Source: Actinomycetota bacterium (lineage in GTDB: Bacteria; Actinomycetota; Actinomycetes; Actinomycetales; Microbacteriaceae). From it: 64,000 nucleotides of DNA. How positions within the stretch are numbered: the stretch's first letter is position 1; the number at the start of each line of letters is the position of its first letter. The position numbers were made by a program, and so were the translations under genes. The notes under the pieces are model-generated. The model saw only the letters and a list, made by a program, of their open reading frames with translations, was not told where the DNA came from and made no database searches. The stretch is from contig JBJOKH010000010.1 of the NCBI GenBank assembly GCA_046046195.1, positions 2,837 through 66,836 of the forward strand, read 5' to 3'. Of this stretch, positions 12,101 through 24,248 are shown one piece after another.

Positions 12101-12867
12101 CTTCTCAGTTTTATAGAGACTGAATCAACCGAAGATGCAAATGCTTCTGATTTGGACCAAAAACTACTAATTCGATCGATTAGCTCTTTGACGACGCTTG
12201 GCTCTTGACCGATTTCTAGGCGAATAGTGACCTCCAGCTCAGCCCCCAGGAGCTTCGATGATGGATCTGCCGAAGCAAGTTCTACACCCAGCACACTGCT
12301 TTCCCCCTTTACTGAATTCTGAACCACGGTTATCACATCGTGGTTTTTCTCCGGAGGAAGCCAGGGTAAAGATTGCGCAATTCTGGCGATAGCAGGCCGC
12401 CTGATTACAAACTCCGTTTCACTTCCAGGGTCGAGCACCACCCTGGTGCTCATTTGGGATGCGGCGGCCAGGCAAACACGAATTGCATCAGTCGGCACGG
12501 GCCTAGACGAAGGATTCCACTTTGCCATCGCAGATACCGACGAAAACACAACTAGTGAGTCCTGATCATCAGGTGATTTCACGGTCACAATCGAAAGCTC
12601 GGCACTCTTGTCGGTTTTGAGTCCGTGGGCGCCAGTTTCCGAATCGCCAAGGTTTGCTAGTAACGGCACAAGCAATCTGGAAACTCGGATCTCATCCACA
12701 ACAGCTTCGGCACCTAATTCGCCAGCATGAAACCTGTCAATCGCATCAACTAAAGGTTGAGGGGCTTTTCCGTCATCGTCGGCAAATGAATTCTGCTCAA
12801 AGCTTCTACCTTCCCAGGGTTTTCCCGCGGAGTCAGTGAAGCGATTTGGATTAAAGTGTTCGCTCAC
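12097..12867 (-). CDS. SseB family protein
   Basis: DSAG.PWEGRSF, RLLVPL, FSSV.AM..W.P..RPVP pattern; follows priA. Confidence 0.75.
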   Translation of the reverse strand: MSEHFNPNRFTDSAGKPWEGRSFEQNSFADDDGKAPQPLVDAIDRFHAGELGAEAVVDEIRVSRLLVPLLANLGDSETGAHGLKTDKSAELSIVTVKSPDDQDSLVVFSSVSAMAKWNPSSRPVPTDAIRVCLAAASQMSTRVVLDPGSETEFVIRRPAIARIAQSLPWLPPEKNHDVITVVQNSVKGESSVLGVELASADPSSKLLGAELEVTIRLEIGQEPSVVKELIDRISSFWSKSEAFASSVDSVSIKLRS

Positions 12868-13595
12868 TTACCGGTAATCTCCAAAGCTTGCTCGAGCGTG
12901 AAGCGCTTGGCGTAAAGAGCTTTTCCTAGAATCGCGCCCTCCAGGCCAATTGGAACAAGCTCTGCAAGGGCAGAAATATCATCAAGAGTGGAAATTCCTC
13001 CGCTTGCGACAACTGGCTTATTGGTTTTTGACATTACTTGTCGAAGTAAATCCAAGTTTGGACCCTTTAGCGTTCCGTCTTTCGTGACATCGGTGACCAC
13101 ATATCTTGCACACCCAGCTTGTTCGAGTCGCTCTAGCACTTCAAACAGATCTCCGCCTTCTTGTGTCCAGCCGCGAGCTGCCAAAGTTGTTCCCCGAACA
13201 TCTAAACCAACCGCTATTTGCTCTCCATACTTTCCAATTACCTTCTCGGTCCACTCCGGATTTTCTAGTGCGGCGGTACCAAGATTTACTCGAGTTGCAC
13301 CAGCAGCTAGAGCAACTTCTAGAGAGGCATCATCTCTGATACCGCCAGAAAGTTCAATCTTCACTCCACGGCAGGCATCCACCACTTCTTGAATTACCTG
13401 ACGGTTGTCTCCCCGGCCAAAAGCTGCATCCAAGTCAACCAGGTGGATCCACTCCGCCCCAGCGTCGATCCAAGTTTGAGCCGCTTCAAGTGGAGAACCG
13501 TAATCAGTTTCGGAACCCGCTTCGCCTTGAGTTAGTCGAACCGCCTTACCTTCGGCAACATCAACGGCTGGAAGAAGCTCTAAGTAATTCGGCAA
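12864..13595 (-). CDS. priA: Bifunctional phosphoribosyl isomerase HisA/TrpF (PriA)
   Basis: [27 protein letters not shown] loop typical of actinobacterial PriA. Confidence 0.93.
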   Translation of the reverse strand: MPNYLELLPAVDVAEGKAVRLTQGEAGSETDYGSPLEAAQTWIDAGAEWIHLVDLDAAFGRGDNRQVIQEVVDACRGVKIELSGGIRDDASLEVALAAGATRVNLGTAALENPEWTEKVIGKYGEQIAVGLDVRGTTLAARGWTQEGGDLFEVLERLEQAGCARYVVTDVTKDGTLKGPNLDLLRQVMSKTNKPVVASGGISTLDDISALAELVPIGLEGAILGKALYAKRFTLEQALEITGK

Positions 13596-13607
13596 AACAA
13601 AACCTTT

Positions 13608-14237
13608 CTAAATTGATTCAACCCAGTTGCGAAGCAGAGCAAGTCCTGCCTCTCCCGATTTTTCAGGGTGAAACTGAACTCCAGTAAGAGGACCATTTTC
13701 TACTGCGGCAACAAAGCGTTCCCGGTATTCGGCATAAGTCACTGCTGGATTGACAAACGGTGGATCCACTTGGAGCTGGAATTCTTTTGCTGCATAGGAG
13801 TGAACGAAGTAGAAAAGTTCATTTTCGATACCCCTAAACAAGTTCGAACCAGGAGCTACTTGCACATTGTTCCAGCCCATGTGTGGAAGCTTTGGTGACT
13901 CGAGTTTTGCAACGACCCCTGGCCACTGACCTAAGCCTTCAGTTTCAAGTCCATGTTCTAGTCCGGTTTCAAACATGACTTGTAGGCCCACGCAGATGCC
14001 AAGCACGGGTTTCCCTCCGGCCAGCCGCTTATCAATTAGCTCAGGGGCTCTGACTTTCTTCAGAGCATCCATAACAGCGGCAAAGGCACCCACCCCTGGA
14101 ACTACGAGACCATCGGCCTTTTCTACCTTGCTGGGGTTTGCCGAAAGTTCAACATTCGCGCCAGCGTGCTCTAATGCCTTGACCGCCGAGTGAACATTTC
14201 CAATTCCATAGTCGAGAACGACTACGTGAGCACTCAC
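13608..14237 (-). CDS. hisH: Imidazole glycerol phosphate synthase glutaminase subunit
   Basis: PGVGAF, GICVG.Q, FYFVHSY, QFHPEKS. Confidence 0.97.
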   Translation of the reverse strand: MSAHVVVLDYGIGNVHSAVKALEHAGANVELSANPSKVEKADGLVVPGVGAFAAVMDALKKVRAPELIDKRLAGGKPVLGICVGLQVMFETGLEHGLETEGLGQWPGVVAKLESPKLPHMGWNNVQVAPGSNLFRGIENELFYFVHSYAAKEFQLQVDPPFVNPAVTYAEYRERFVAAVENGPLTGVQFHPEKSGEAGLALLRNWVESI

Positions 14238-14833
14238 AGAGCTCCCTTGGTCGAGGGCACGCCCTCAACTCTTGGATCCTTTGCAATTGCAAAACGCATG
14301 GCCCGAGCAAGAGCCTTGAACTGGGCCTCAGCGATGTGGTGAGGGTCACGACCTGCAAGCACATTCACGTGAAGAGTTATCGAAGCATTCGTGGCAATGG
14401 CTTCAAAGACGTGTCTGACCATTGAACCCGTGAAGTGCCCGCCGATTAGGTGGTATTCAAAACCAGCTGGTTCTCCATCGTGCACCAGGTATGCCCTTCC
14501 TGAAACATCAACTACGGCACGGGCTAGTGCCTCGTCAAGTGGAACCGAGACATCTCCGAACCGAGCAATTCCTGCTTTGTCGCCTAGGGCCTGCTTGATG
14601 GCCTGACCCAAAACGATGGCTGTATCCTCCACGGTGTGGTGAATGTCGATGTGGGTATCTCCAGTTGCTCGAACCACAAGATCAATTAATGAGTGCTTTG
14701 AGAATGCGGTAAGTAGGTGGTCAAAGAACGGCACTGTGGTCGAAATGTCAGACCGACCTGTGCCATCAAGGTTCAGTGAGAGCGAAATAGCCGACTCGCT
14801 CGTGCGTCTTTCTAGCTGTGCGATGCGACTCAC
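14234..14833 (-). CDS. hisB: Imidazoleglycerol-phosphate dehydratase
   Basis: DIHHTVED and [11 protein letters not shown] motifs. Confidence 0.97.
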   Translation of the reverse strand: MSRIAQLERRTSESAISLSLNLDGTGRSDISTTVPFFDHLLTAFSKHSLIDLVVRATGDTHIDIHHTVEDTAIVLGQAIKQALGDKAGIARFGDVSVPLDEALARAVVDVSGRAYLVHDGEPAGFEYHLIGGHFTGSMVRHVFEAIATNASITLHVNVLAGRDPHHIAEAQFKALARAMRFAIAKDPRVEGVPSTKGAL

Positions 14834-14867
14834 GAAACCACTACCTTTCTATACCTGAATCTCAAGT

Positions 14868-15941
14868 CTACAGTTTGGCCAAATCACGGGCGGCTTCCAA
14901 GAACCTCGTGGTCTCGGACTCTGTTCCTGCAGTTACTCGAAGGGTGTGAGGAATTCCAACATTTCGAACGAGGATGCCTTGAGCTAGCAACTGATTAAAT
15001 GCTTCGGCAGAGTCTTTCAAACCTCCAAATAAGACGAAATTGGCGTCGGATCGAAATACCTCAAAACCAAGCTCACCCAATTCGACACTCATGCGGTCTC
15101 TTTGATACTTGATGTCTGCCACGGTCTTCAGCATTAGCTGAGAGTGATTGAGTGCCGCGGTTGCCGCAGCCTGTGTGAAGGCAGATAAGTGGTAAGGCAG
15201 CCGCACTAGCCTCAGAGCATCAATAGCCGCCGGGTCCGCCGCCAGATAGCCAACTCTGGCACCAGCAAAAGCAAATGCCTTACTCATAGTCCTGCTGACC
15301 AGCAACCTCGGTCTGTCTGGAAGCAAAGAGGTTGCCGAGATGTCAGATGCAAACTCTGCGTAGGCTTCGTCTACTACAACCACGCCCTTGGTCGCCTCAT
15401 AGGCAGCTTCGATGACGCTCAAACTCAACGGAGTTCCAGTTGGATTGTTTGGCGAGCAGAGAAGAACAATTGATGGTTTGTGCAATGTGATGGCACTGGT
15501 GACCAACTCGGAAGTTAGTTCATACTTATCTGCACGTGGTGAATCGATGTACTCGGTGCCAGTGGTTAGTGAAAGCAAGGAATACATCGAGTACGTTGGG
15601 CCAAAGCCCAACGCTTTCCGGCCTGGGCCACCAAAAGCTTGGAAGATCTGTAGCAAAACTTCATTTGAACCATTGGCGGCCCAGAGATTGTTGGGAGTTA
15701 GTCCATCGCCGAGATAAGCGGCGAGCGCTTCTCGAAGCTCTACAAATTCACGGTCAGGATACCGATTGATGTCAATAAGACTTGCGGCAACAGCACCAAC
15801 GACGTCAATGGCGACTTCCTCGGGAATTCGGTGGGTGTTCTCGTTGACGTTCAAAGCAACGGGGACATCAAGTTGAGGAGCCCCATAAGGCTTACGGCCG
15901 CGAAGGTCGTCTCGTATCGGAAGATCTTCTAAGCTGGCCAC
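14868..15941 (-). CDS. hisC: Histidinol-phosphate aminotransferase
   Basis: NEN, NRYPD, NGSNE, SPNNPTG, DEAY, RTMSKAF. Confidence 0.96.
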   Translation of the reverse strand: MASLEDLPIRDDLRGRKPYGAPQLDVPVALNVNENTHRIPEEVAIDVVGAVAASLIDINRYPDREFVELREALAAYLGDGLTPNNLWAANGSNEVLLQIFQAFGGPGRKALGFGPTYSMYSLLSLTTGTEYIDSPRADKYELTSELVTSAITLHKPSIVLLCSPNNPTGTPLSLSVIEAAYEATKGVVVVDEAYAEFASDISATSLLPDRPRLLVSRTMSKAFAFAGARVGYLAADPAAIDALRLVRLPYHLSAFTQAAATAALNHSQLMLKTVADIKYQRDRMSVELGELGFEVFRSDANFVLFGGLKDSAEAFNQLLAQGILVRNVGIPHTLRVTAGTESETTRFLEAARDLAKL

Positions 15942-15982
15942 TACTCAAGATTAGTGGTTTGCAAAAAAGCCTTCTTTGGATG

Positions 15983-16315
15983 TTAAGGAAGAGCTAGCTT
16001 GTCGCCTGTTGAAAGCGTTGCAGATGACAAGTTGTTCAAGAGAATCACTTCGGCGATCCAATCTTGCTTGTTCATTCCCGCCGAGTAAGTGTCTGCTAGC
16101 TCCCAGAGGGTGTCGCCAGGCATCACTGAAACGTAGTTGAAGGCTGTTTTGCTTGAGACTGCTTCATCGGTGGCCAATGCCCCGTTTTGACTGAACAAAA
16201 TCGCAGACAGCATCAGGGTCAGAGCGCTGAGGACAAATAGGGTTCTGGCTAGCCTGGCGCGACGCTTTGGGCTCATGGTGCCTGGCTGGGCTGAAGCGGT
16301 GAGAGTTGCAGTCAT
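15983..16315 (-). CDS. Membrane-anchored LysM protein (ChiZ/YneA-like putative SOS division inhibitor)
   Basis: Single TM segment plus V.PGDTLWELA LysM domain; divergent from lexA with an SOS box. Confidence 0.8.
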   Translation of the reverse strand: MTATLTASAQPGTMSPKRRARLARTLFVLSALTLMLSAILFSQNGALATDEAVSSKTAFNYVSVMPGDTLWELADTYSAGMNKQDWIAEVILLNNLSSATLSTGDKLALP

Positions 16316-16338
16316 TTTGGTGCCTTTCCTTGAGTTGT

Positions 16339-16354
16339 TCGAACAACTGTTCGA
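16339..16354. promoter_or_regulatory. LexA (SOS) box, perfect
   Basis: TCGAAC-AACT-GTTCGA matches the Gram-positive/actinobacterial consensus. Confidence 0.9.
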
Positions 16355-16363
16355 CTTAGAACA

Positions 16364-16385
16364 AGATTACAAGAAACCACCGACA
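16364..16385 (-). promoter_or_regulatory. RecA-NDp / PafBC-type DNA-damage promoter of the LysM gene
   Basis: TGTCGG-TGGTTTCTTG-TAATCT (TGTCGG-N10-TAnnnT). Confidence 0.75.
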
Positions 16386-16410
16386 TTTTGTCAAGCAAAT
16401 CAGAAAAAAT

Positions 16411-16456
16411 TCGAAAATGTGTTTGATTTGGGCCAAAATATAGAATAAAGTTTCGA
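16411..16456. promoter_or_regulatory. Two degenerate LexA boxes over the lexA promoter
   Basis: TCGAAA-ATGT-GTTTGA (16411-16426) and TAGAAT-AAAG-TTTCGA (16441-16456, overlapping a TAGAAT -10). Confidence 0.65.
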
Positions 16457-16491
16457 TAACAGCCCAAAATGGGCCTATTTGAGAGGGTGAA

Positions 16492-17163
16492 ATGGACGCC
16501 AAGAAGCCGACCCGCCGGGCATCAAGCCTTAGCGCAATGCAGGAGCGAATCCTCCAGGCAATTCAAAGATCAAAGCTAGATAAGGGCTATGCCCCGAGCA
16601 TGAGGGAAATTGGTGACGAAGTGGGCCTATCCTCCCCTTCTTCTGTCACGCACCAGCTGAACCAGCTGGAGCTAGCCGGCTACATCAGCAGAGACCCAAA
16701 GCGCCCCAGGACCATCGATGTCCTGATTGAGGTTCCAGGCCTTGAAGCAGACTCAGCATCCGAGCTGGACAACGTCACGCCAATCGGTGACGCAGCAATG
16801 GTTCCGATGGTTGGACGGATCGCTGCCGGTGGACCCATTACTGCCGAGCAGAACATCGAAGAGATCTTTCCACTACCTCGTCAACTAGTTGGCAAAGGTG
16901 ACCTATTCCTTCTGAAAGTTGTTGGTGAATCGATGATCGACGCCGCTATCTGCGACGGAGACTGGGTCGTAGTGCGCCAACAGCAAACGGCCGAAAACGG
17001 GGATATCGTTGCCGCACTTCTAGAAGAAGAAGCGACCGTCAAGACCTTCAAGCAGCGTGACGGACATACCTGGCTATTACCAAGAAACTCCAGCTTTGAA
17101 CCGATTCTTGGTGATCACGCTGTGATTCTGGGTAAAGTCGTAGCTGTTCTACGAAGCATCTAA
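16492..17163 (+). CDS. lexA: SOS repressor LexA
   Basis: PSMREIG HTH, AAG cleavage site, GESM (Ser) and TVK (Lys) catalytic dyad. Confidence 0.97.
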   Translation: MDAKKPTRRASSLSAMQERILQAIQRSKLDKGYAPSMREIGDEVGLSSPSSVTHQLNQLELAGYISRDPKRPRTIDVLIEVPGLEADSASELDNVTPIGDAAMVPMVGRIAAGGPITAEQNIEEIFPLPRQLVGKGDLFLLKVVGESMIDAAICDGDWVVVRQQQTAENGDIVAALLEEEATVKTFKQRDGHTWLLPRNSSFEPILGDHAVILGKVVAVLRSI

Positions 17164-18615
17164 CGCAAAAACTTCTAGCTCACTGGCCAAGCCAGGCTTC
17201 ACAAGTGTTTCTATGTAAGTGCCGCTTTCGCGATGCTCGAGCTTGGAAACTTTCCCCTCTGAATGGATTCTAGAAACTAAGTCGCCACGCGAGTATGGCA
17301 ATAAGACTTTCATAAACACTTCTGGTTTTGGAAGCAAGCTTTCGATCGCTTGAAGTAGCTCAGCCATTCCCTCCCCTGTTGTGGCCGAAACCAGAAGGCA
17401 ACCAGGTTCCATGCCGCGAAGAGCGAGCTTCTCAGTCTCATCAATCAAGTCGCACTTATTGAAAACAACAAGCTCCTTGATGTCGGTTGCCTCGACCTCG
17501 CTTAAAACATCCCTTACGGTCTGAATTTGACTTGCGGGATCTGGGTGGGAAGCATCGACAACATGCACCACCAGATCACTCTGTGAGATTTCCTCAATTG
17601 TCGAACGAAAAGCCTCGACTAACTGGTGCGGCAAGTTTCTAACGAAACCTACAGTGTCTGAAAGAGTGTATTCCCGACCATCAGAGGTTTCTGTTCGCCT
17701 AACCGTTGGATCAAGCGTTGCAAAGAGAGCGTTCTCCACTAGCACGCCTGCGCTGGTAATACGGTTCAGAAGCGAGGATTTGCCAGCGTTGGTGTAGCCA
17801 GCAATCGCAACAGAGGGCACTTGGTTCTTGGACCGAGACGCCCGCTTGGTGTCTCTAGCAGGTGCCATCTCTTTGATTTGCTTTCTGAGCTTGGCCATTC
17901 GGGTGTTGATTCGACGTCTATCTAGCTCAATCTTGGTTTCACCAGGTCCCCTAGAGCCGATTCCAACACCGCCACCAACTTGACCACCTGCTTGACGTGA
18001 CATCGACTCACCCCAACCTCGAAGTCTGGGTAGCAAGTATTCAAGTTGAGCTAACTCGACTTGCGCTTTACCCTCTCTGGATTTTGCATGCTGAGCAAAG
18101 ATGTCCAGAATGATGGCGGTGCGGTCCACCACCTTCACTTTGACAATGTCCTCCAGGTTTCTTCTCTGGCTAGGCGCTAGTTCTGTGTCAGCAATAACGG
18201 TGTCTGCACCACAAGCGGCTACCACTGCTCTCAACTCCTGAGCCTTGCCCTTGCCTAAGTAGCTTGCTGGATCCGGCTGATCTCTGCGTTGCAAAAGTGC
18301 ATCAAGAACTTGTGCGCCTGCCGTCTCCGCGAGAGCCGCTAGCTCACGAAGGGAGTTCTCAGCTTCTTCAACGGTTCCATTGCCCCAGACTCCGATGAGT
18401 ACTACCTTTTCTAATCGAAGTTGTCGATACTCGACATCAGTGATGTCTTGAAGTTCGGTAGATAGGCCAGCAACACGACGCAATGCTGAACGTTCTTCTA
18501 AATCAAGTTGATCCCCGTCAAATGAAGATTCGCCTGAACCGAAGCGTTTTGCTCTCTCGTCGCGCCGCAGAATGCGGTCAATCATCGACGATGTGCGCTC
18601 TGGTTCTTGTTCCAT
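17149..18615 (-). CDS. hflX: Ribosome-splitting GTPase HflX
   Basis: [30 protein letters not shown]. Confidence 0.97.
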   Translation of the reverse strand: MEQEPERTSSMIDRILRRDERAKRFGSGESSFDGDQLDLEERSALRRVAGLSTELQDITDVEYRQLRLEKVVLIGVWGNGTVEEAENSLRELAALAETAGAQVLDALLQRRDQPDPASYLGKGKAQELRAVVAACGADTVIADTELAPSQRRNLEDIVKVKVVDRTAIILDIFAQHAKSREGKAQVELAQLEYLLPRLRGWGESMSRQAGGQVGGGVGIGSRGPGETKIELDRRRINTRMAKLRKQIKEMAPARDTKRASRSKNQVPSVAIAGYTNAGKSSLLNRITSAGVLVENALFATLDPTVRRTETSDGREYTLSDTVGFVRNLPHQLVEAFRSTIEEISQSDLVVHVVDASHPDPASQIQTVRDVLSEVEATDIKELVVFNKCDLIDETEKLALRGMEPGCLLVSATTGEGMAELLQAIESLLPKPEVFMKVLLPYSRGDLVSRIHSEGKVSKLEHRESGTYIETLVKPGLASELEVFALDAS

Positions 18616-18655
18616 GCTTCAACACTAGTAATCAGAATTGGGGTAGATTGACCTC

Positions 18656-19267
18656 ATGTCCGAGGACCACTACTTTTCACAGGAACCTAGTAGTCCCCTA
18701 AAACCTAAGTCGATTGAGATTCCAATTGCTGGAATAAAGACCCAAGTCACTACCGCTTCAGGAACCTTTAGCCCGCAGCAGCTTGATTTTGGCACCGAAG
18801 TGCTTATCGAACAAATGGAACTGGCCCCCCAATCAGGAAGCATTCTTGATCTGGGTTGCGGCTGGGGTCCTATTGCACTGAACCTCGCGAAACTTAGACC
18901 GGGTGCAAAAGTCTGGGCAGTGGATGTGAACAACAGATCCCTTGAACTAACTGCAAAGAACGCTTCTGACCTTGGGTTAGGCAACGTCCAGGTAGCACTC
19001 CCTGATCAGGTGCCAAATGACCTGACATTCTCAGGCATCTGGTCTAACCCCCCGATTCGAATAGGAAAAAAAGAGCTTCACACCTTGCTTTTGACTTGGC
19101 TTCCAAGGTTAGACGCTGGAGCAGCGGCCTACCTAGTCGTTCAGAAGAACTTGGGCTCGGATTCTTTGCAGAAGTGGCTAGCTGAGACTTTAGGTGATGG
19201 TTTTCAGGTCTCTCGACACACTTCAATAAAGACTTATCGAGTCCTAAAGGTTTTGAAGACTTCCTAA
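18656..19267 (+). CDS. Class I SAM methyltransferase (RsmC/MTS-like)
   Basis: [16 protein letters not shown] motifs. Confidence 0.88.
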   Translation: MSEDHYFSQEPSSPLKPKSIEIPIAGIKTQVTTASGTFSPQQLDFGTEVLIEQMELAPQSGSILDLGCGWGPIALNLAKLRPGAKVWAVDVNNRSLELTAKNASDLGLGNVQVALPDQVPNDLTFSGIWSNPPIRIGKKELHTLLLTWLPRLDAGAAAYLVVQKNLGSDSLQKWLAETLGDGFQVSRHTSIKTYRVLKVLKTS

Positions 19268-20145
19268 AGCGAAGCTAGATCTATTTCACCGTCAAACACA
19301 AGTTCCGCGGGGCCACTTATGGCAACATGTTCTCCATCTTCGGTGGCAAACATTCTTACGCCAACCACTCCACCGGGAACGCTTACTTGCCACTGACTAG
19401 GGGCTTCAGTTCCGGCCCAGAATCTGGTTGCAAGCGCTGCGGCAGCCACCCCAGTTCCACAAGAAAGAGTTTCCCCTACACCACGCTCAAACACCCGCAT
19501 TGAAATGTGTCCGACCCCGTTTTGAACCATTGGATCGTTCGGGACAACAAACTCAACATTTGCTCCCGATGCTGGTTCAGGAGAAATTACTGGAGCATCA
19601 ATAAGTTTCAACGCAGCAAGGTCCTTCAACTCCGCAAGGGCTACTACTGCATGTGGGTTTCCAACATCAATTCCTTGAGCTGGTCGAGCGACATCAAGAC
19701 CTTGCGCCTCCACCAGCGACTCTTCCTCAAGTTTCCATCTTCCCAAATCGACAGCAAAACCGTTAGCTGATTTAGTTAAGTCCTTCACCCCGTCGCGGGT
19801 GCCAACCGGCAGAGTTGAACCATCAACAATTTGAGCCAGACCTCGCTCAGTGAGGAACCTGGCAAAGACCCGAATACCGTTGCCACACATCTCAGCTGTA
19901 GTACCGTCAGCGTTGTAATAGTCCATGAACCAGATTGCGTTTGGCTCATCCTTAAGTACCGCTCTGCCCTCGGCAATGTACTCAGATTTCACAACTCGAA
20001 TAAGCCCATTGGCGCCAACACCGAAATGCCGATCGCATATCTTTGCGATTTGCGTTTTCGTCAGGTTCAGCTCACCGTCAGCGTCAAGGATGAGAACGAA
20101 GTCATTGCCCGTTCCTTGCCCTTTGGTGAACGAAATCTTTGCCAT
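19264..20145 (-). CDS. dapF: Diaminopimelate epimerase
   Basis: [27 protein letters not shown]. Confidence 0.95.
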   Translation of the reverse strand: MAKISFTKGQGTGNDFVLILDADGELNLTKTQIAKICDRHFGVGANGLIRVVKSEYIAEGRAVLKDEPNAIWFMDYYNADGTTAEMCGNGIRVFARFLTERGLAQIVDGSTLPVGTRDGVKDLTKSANGFAVDLGRWKLEEESLVEAQGLDVARPAQGIDVGNPHAVVALAELKDLAALKLIDAPVISPEPASGANVEFVVPNDPMVQNGVGHISMRVFERGVGETLSCGTGVAAAALATRFWAGTEAPSQWQVSVPGGVVGVRMFATEDGEHVAISGPAELVFDGEIDLASL

Positions 20146-20154
20146 TACTAAAGC

Positions 20155-21099
20155 CTATGACCCTGACTCAAGGATTCCATCTTTGGCCACAAGTTCTAGG
20201 GCCTTGTGGACGAGATCTGCATCGAGAGCCTCCAGCCAGTTAATTCTGGTGTCTCTTTTGAACCAGCTGACTTGTCTTCTTGCATAACGTTGGGTCAACT
20301 GAACGGTCGAGGCAATCGCCTCCTGCTTAGTGAGCTCACCATCTAGTTGACCCAGTGCCTGTGCATACCCGATAGCAACCGACGCGGTTTTACTGTCTCG
20401 AAGCCCCACATCAATGAGCTGCTCAACCTCGTCGACTAAACCACGCTCCCACATCTTCAAAACTCTCTGCTCGAGTCTCGGGAGTAGCATCTCGCGGTCC
20501 ATGCGAAGTCCAAACTCCAGAACGGGTTGCCAAGATTCAATTTCGTCCGGCAGCGCAGCAGCAAAAGGCTCACCTGTAATCATCACTATTTCAAGAGCAC
20601 GGACGATTCGCCTTCCGTTCTCAGGGATTATGCGACTTGCGGCAATTGGATCAAGTTCGGCTAGTTTTTTGTGCATATGTAAAGGGCCGTTGTCCGTTAG
20701 CTCTTGTTCTAACTTGGCCCGCAGTTCCTTGTCCCGTTCGGGGAACTCGAAGTTGTTCAAGCAGGCCGCAACATACAACATCGAGCCACCGACCAGGATT
20801 GGAACAACCCCTGAAGACTGCAGTTCGAGAATTTTTGCGCGGGCAAGTTTTTGATACTCAGCGGCCGTTGACCCCTGGGTGATTTCTAGAACATCAATCA
20901 GGTGATGCGGTATGCCGCGACGCTCGGAAAGGGATAACTTGGCAGTTCCGATGTCCATGCCGCGATAAAGCTGCATGGCATCAGCATTTACAACTTCAGC
21001 TTTCTTACCAGATCTTGCAAAGGCTTCGGCAAGTTCTATTGCGAGCTCGCTTTTGCCGGTGCCGGTGGCACCCACCACCGCTATTAACTTAGACGCCAT
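20155..21099 (-). CDS. miaA: tRNA dimethylallyltransferase
   Basis: GATGTGKS, NADAMQLYRGMDIGTAK, YARRQ.SWF. Confidence 0.97.
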   Translation of the reverse strand: MASKLIAVVGATGTGKSELAIELAEAFARSGKKAEVVNADAMQLYRGMDIGTAKLSLSERRGIPHHLIDVLEITQGSTAAEYQKLARAKILELQSSGVVPILVGGSMLYVAACLNNFEFPERDKELRAKLEQELTDNGPLHMHKKLAELDPIAASRIIPENGRRIVRALEIVMITGEPFAAALPDEIESWQPVLEFGLRMDREMLLPRLEQRVLKMWERGLVDEVEQLIDVGLRDSKTASVAIGYAQALGQLDGELTKQEAIASTVQLTQRYARRQVSWFKRDTRINWLEALDADLVHKALELVAKDGILESGS

Positions 21100-22569
21100 T
21101 TACTTGGCGCGAAGGATTGGTAGACCAAGGTTCACGCTTCCTGGTGCAGAAGCTTCCGTTGAACAAGACGATGCTGCCATTTTGTCGAAGGCGTCTCCTG
21201 CTCTAGTTGGCTTGACTGAGAATGTGGAGCCTGGTTGATCTGCAAACAAGAAGTATGGTTTTGCCTCTGTAATTGAAACGGTCACTAGGTCACCTGGGCG
21301 AGGCTCGCTGTGACCGCTTGGAATCTCGAAATGGACGAGTCGGTTATCTCTTGCTCGGCCAGTCATTCTCGAAGTTTGCTGGTCTTTTCTGCCTTCTTGG
21401 TTCGCGACTAGAACCTCGACAGCTTTACCGAGTTGCTTTTTGTTTTCCTGCCAAGCAATCTCGTTGACGTGAGCAACAAGCCTTTCGTACCGCTCCTGAA
21501 CAACTTCTTTTGGAATCTGATTTTCCATCTCACCAGCTGGTGTGCCAGGCCTGATCGAGTATTGGTAGGTGTAAGCCATGGCGAAGGCTGCGTCGGTGGC
21601 CACCTGCATAGTGTCCTGGAAGTCTTCCTCGGTTTCACCTGGAAATCCAACAATGATGTCTGTGGAGATTGATGCTTCTGGAATAGCCTTACGAACCCGC
21701 TCCAGAATCCCTAAATATTTGTCAGTTCGATAGCTACGTTTCATAGCCCTAAGTACAGAGTTTGATCCAGACTGCAGTGGCATGTGAAGGTGAGGCATCA
21801 CATTAGGAGTTTCAACCATCGCCTCGATTACGTCGTCGGTGAATGCTGCGGGGTGCGGGGACATGAATCTAACGCGCTCAAGACCTTCGATTTCGCCACA
21901 GGCTCGCAGCAGCTTTGCAAATGCCCCCTTGTCCCCGAACTCGACACCGTAGGTGTTTACGTTCTGCCCAAGCAGCGTTATCTCAATTACACCGTCGGCA
22001 ACCAGGGCCTTGATCTCGCTAAGAATCTCACCTGGACGACGATCCTTTTCCTTGCCTCGTAGCTGTGGGACGATGCAGAAAGTACATGTGTTGTTGCAGC
22101 CCACCGAAATGGAAACTAGGCCTGCGTATAGCGAGTCTCGTTTTGTGGGCAAATCAGAAGGAAATGTCTCGAGAGCTTCGAGGATTTCGACCTGAGCCTC
22201 ACGGTTGTGCCTTGCGCGCTCAAGAAGAGTTGGCAAAGAGCCCATGTTGTGAGTACCAAAAACCACATCAACCCAAGGGGCCTTCTTGATGATGGTGTCG
22301 CGATCTTTTTGTGCCAGGCAACCGCCTACTGCAATCTGAAAGTCTGGGTTAGCTTCCTTTTTGGCAAGCATGGTTCCAAGGTTTCCGTAGAGCTTGTTGT
22401 CGGCATTTTCACGAACCGCGCAGGTATTGAAGATCACAACATCTGCTTCACCCGGCTCGCCACGTAGATACCCGGCGTCTTCGAGCAGGCCGGAAAGGCG
22501 CTCAGAATCATGAGAGTTCATTTGGCAGCCGTAAGTTCGAACTTCGTAGCTGCGAGTTTGGGTAAGCAT
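21100..22569 (-). CDS. miaB: tRNA 2-methylthio-i6A synthase (radical SAM)
   Basis: [23 protein letters not shown] domain. Confidence 0.97.
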   Translation of the reverse strand: MLTQTRSYEVRTYGCQMNSHDSERLSGLLEDAGYLRGEPGEADVVIFNTCAVRENADNKLYGNLGTMLAKKEANPDFQIAVGGCLAQKDRDTIIKKAPWVDVVFGTHNMGSLPTLLERARHNREAQVEILEALETFPSDLPTKRDSLYAGLVSISVGCNNTCTFCIVPQLRGKEKDRRPGEILSEIKALVADGVIEITLLGQNVNTYGVEFGDKGAFAKLLRACGEIEGLERVRFMSPHPAAFTDDVIEAMVETPNVMPHLHMPLQSGSNSVLRAMKRSYRTDKYLGILERVRKAIPEASISTDIIVGFPGETEEDFQDTMQVATDAAFAMAYTYQYSIRPGTPAGEMENQIPKEVVQERYERLVAHVNEIAWQENKKQLGKAVEVLVANQEGRKDQQTSRMTGRARDNRLVHFEIPSGHSEPRPGDLVTVSITEAKPYFLFADQPGSTFSVKPTRAGDAFDKMAASSCSTEASAPGSVNLGLPILRAK

Positions 22570-23063
22570 CAGAGCTCTGATTTTACCGCGTTGGCCTCTG
22601 CTTCCCTAATGGCTGCAAACACTACTCCGGAGCCAAAGCCCCGCCTTTGCAAAAATCCGACGAGTCTACGGTTCCTGACATCTGGGTCGAGTTTGCCAAG
22701 TTGACCAAATCTCTTGATGGCCAATTCAGTGGCCACAGCGAGTTCATCTTCATCTGAGATGTCTGCGGCGACCTGGTTGATTACTTCTTGGTCGAGTCCC
22801 TTATCGGCAAGTTTGCGCTTAACCATTGACCTAGCTAATCCCTTGGTACGTCGTGAAGCGTCAACTACCTGCTGGGCGTAGGCCTGGTCATTGATTAGCT
22901 CAACTTCAGAGAACCTAGAAATAACGTGTTTGATAATCTCAGCCGGAATTTCATGCTTTTCTAATGCCGTAGCCAACTCAGCTGAGGATTTAGGTCCACG
23001 TTCCAAAAGCTTGAGAACTATGTTTCGTGCCCGTTCCTCGAGGTTATCGACCGAAGAAAGCAT
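22569..23063 (-). CDS. recX: Regulatory protein RecX
   Basis: Directly downstream of recA; L..KG and FLQRRGF repeats. Confidence 0.9.
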   Translation of the reverse strand: MLSSVDNLEERARNIVLKLLERGPKSSAELATALEKHEIPAEIIKHVISRFSEVELINDQAYAQQVVDASRRTKGLARSMVKRKLADKGLDQEVINQVAADISDEDELAVATELAIKRFGQLGKLDPDVRNRRLVGFLQRRGFGSGVVFAAIREAEANAVKSEL

Positions 23064-23065
23064 TA

Positions 23066-24133
23066 CTAGCCTGCGTTGGCGGCCTTCTTAGGAGCCTCCG
23101 GCGCTTCCTCGGCTGGAAGATCGGCTACCGCCCGTGGAACACCAACACCAAGCTTTGCCTTGATCTTCTTCTCAATCTCGTTGGCAACGTCTGGATTCTC
23201 AATCAGGTAGTTTCTAGAGTTCTCTTTACCCTGACCTAGTTGCTCACCTTCGTAGGTGTACCAGGCACCAGACTTCTTTACGACGTCGTGCTCAACACCG
23301 AAGTCCAGAAGGCTGCCCTCGCGAGAGATTCCAGTTCCGTAAATGATGTCGAACTCTGCCTGCTTGAAAGGCGAAGCCATCTTGTTCTTTACAACCTTCA
23401 CACGAGTTCTGTTTCCAACCGCTTCGGTGCCATCCTTCAGAGTTTCAATGCGACGGATGTCTAGACGAACTGATGCGTAGAACTTTAGAGCCTTTCCTCC
23501 AGCAGTGGTTTCAGGGCTTCCGAAGAAGACCCCGATCTTCTCGCGAAGCTGGTTGATAAAGATCATTGTGGTGTTGGTGTTGCTTAGTGCTCCAGTTAGC
23601 TTTCTTAGGGCCTGGGACATAAGTCGTGCCTGAAGACCGACGTGAGAATCTCCCATCTCACCTTCAATTTCAGCTCTTGGAACAAGCGCTGCCACTGAGT
23701 CGATAACGACCAAGTCGATTGAGCCTGAGCGGATAAGCATGTCTGCAATTTCAAGAGCCTGTTCACCGGTGTCTGGTTGGCTTACCAGCAGTGCATCGAT
23801 GTCAACACCGAGCGCCTTGGCATATTCCGGGTCCAAGGCGTGCTCGGCGTCAATGAACGCAGCAATTCCACCAGCGCGCTGGGCGTTGGCAATGGCATGT
23901 AGGGCAACGGTGGTCTTACCTGAAGACTCTGGCCCATAAATCTCAACAATTCTTCCTCGAGGAAGGCCTCCGGTACCAAGGGCAGCATCTAGAGCGATAG
24001 AGCCGGTTGGAATCACTTCGACCGGAGCACGCTCGTCGGAACCTAGGCGCATAACTGAGCCCTTACCGAACTGACGGTCAATCTGGGCTAGAGCGGTGTC
24101 TAGTGCTTTTTCGCGATCTGAAGCTGATGGCAT
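23066..24133 (-). CDS. recA: Recombinase A (no intein)
   Basis: [27 protein letters not shown]. Confidence 0.99.
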   Translation of the reverse strand: MPSASDREKALDTALAQIDRQFGKGSVMRLGSDERAPVEVIPTGSIALDAALGTGGLPRGRIVEIYGPESSGKTTVALHAIANAQRAGGIAAFIDAEHALDPEYAKALGVDIDALLVSQPDTGEQALEIADMLIRSGSIDLVVIDSVAALVPRAEIEGEMGDSHVGLQARLMSQALRKLTGALSNTNTTMIFINQLREKIGVFFGSPETTAGGKALKFYASVRLDIRRIETLKDGTEAVGNRTRVKVVKNKMASPFKQAEFDIIYGTGISREGSLLDFGVEHDVVKKSGAWYTYEGEQLGQGKENSRNYLIENPDVANEIEKKIKAKLGVGVPRAVADLPAEEAPEAPKKAANAG

Positions 24134-24166
24134 CTTTGGTTCCTCTTTCGATTCGTGATGCTTCCG

Positions 24167-24188
24167 ACATTACTTTTGGCTACCGACA
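24167..24188 (-). promoter_or_regulatory. RecA-NDp / PafBC-type proximal recA promoter
   Basis: TGTCGG-TAGCCAAAAG-TAATGT. Confidence 0.75.
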
Positions 24189-24248
24189 CTTCTGGGCTCA
24201 AAACACCATTCTGTGTATAACTCTGAGCGCTAAAACTGCCTTAGAAGA

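Noticed and set aside
12864-15941. hisD/hisF/hisG/hisI missing from the his cluster
   Set aside because: Split his clusters are usual in this lineage; absence from this window is uninformative.
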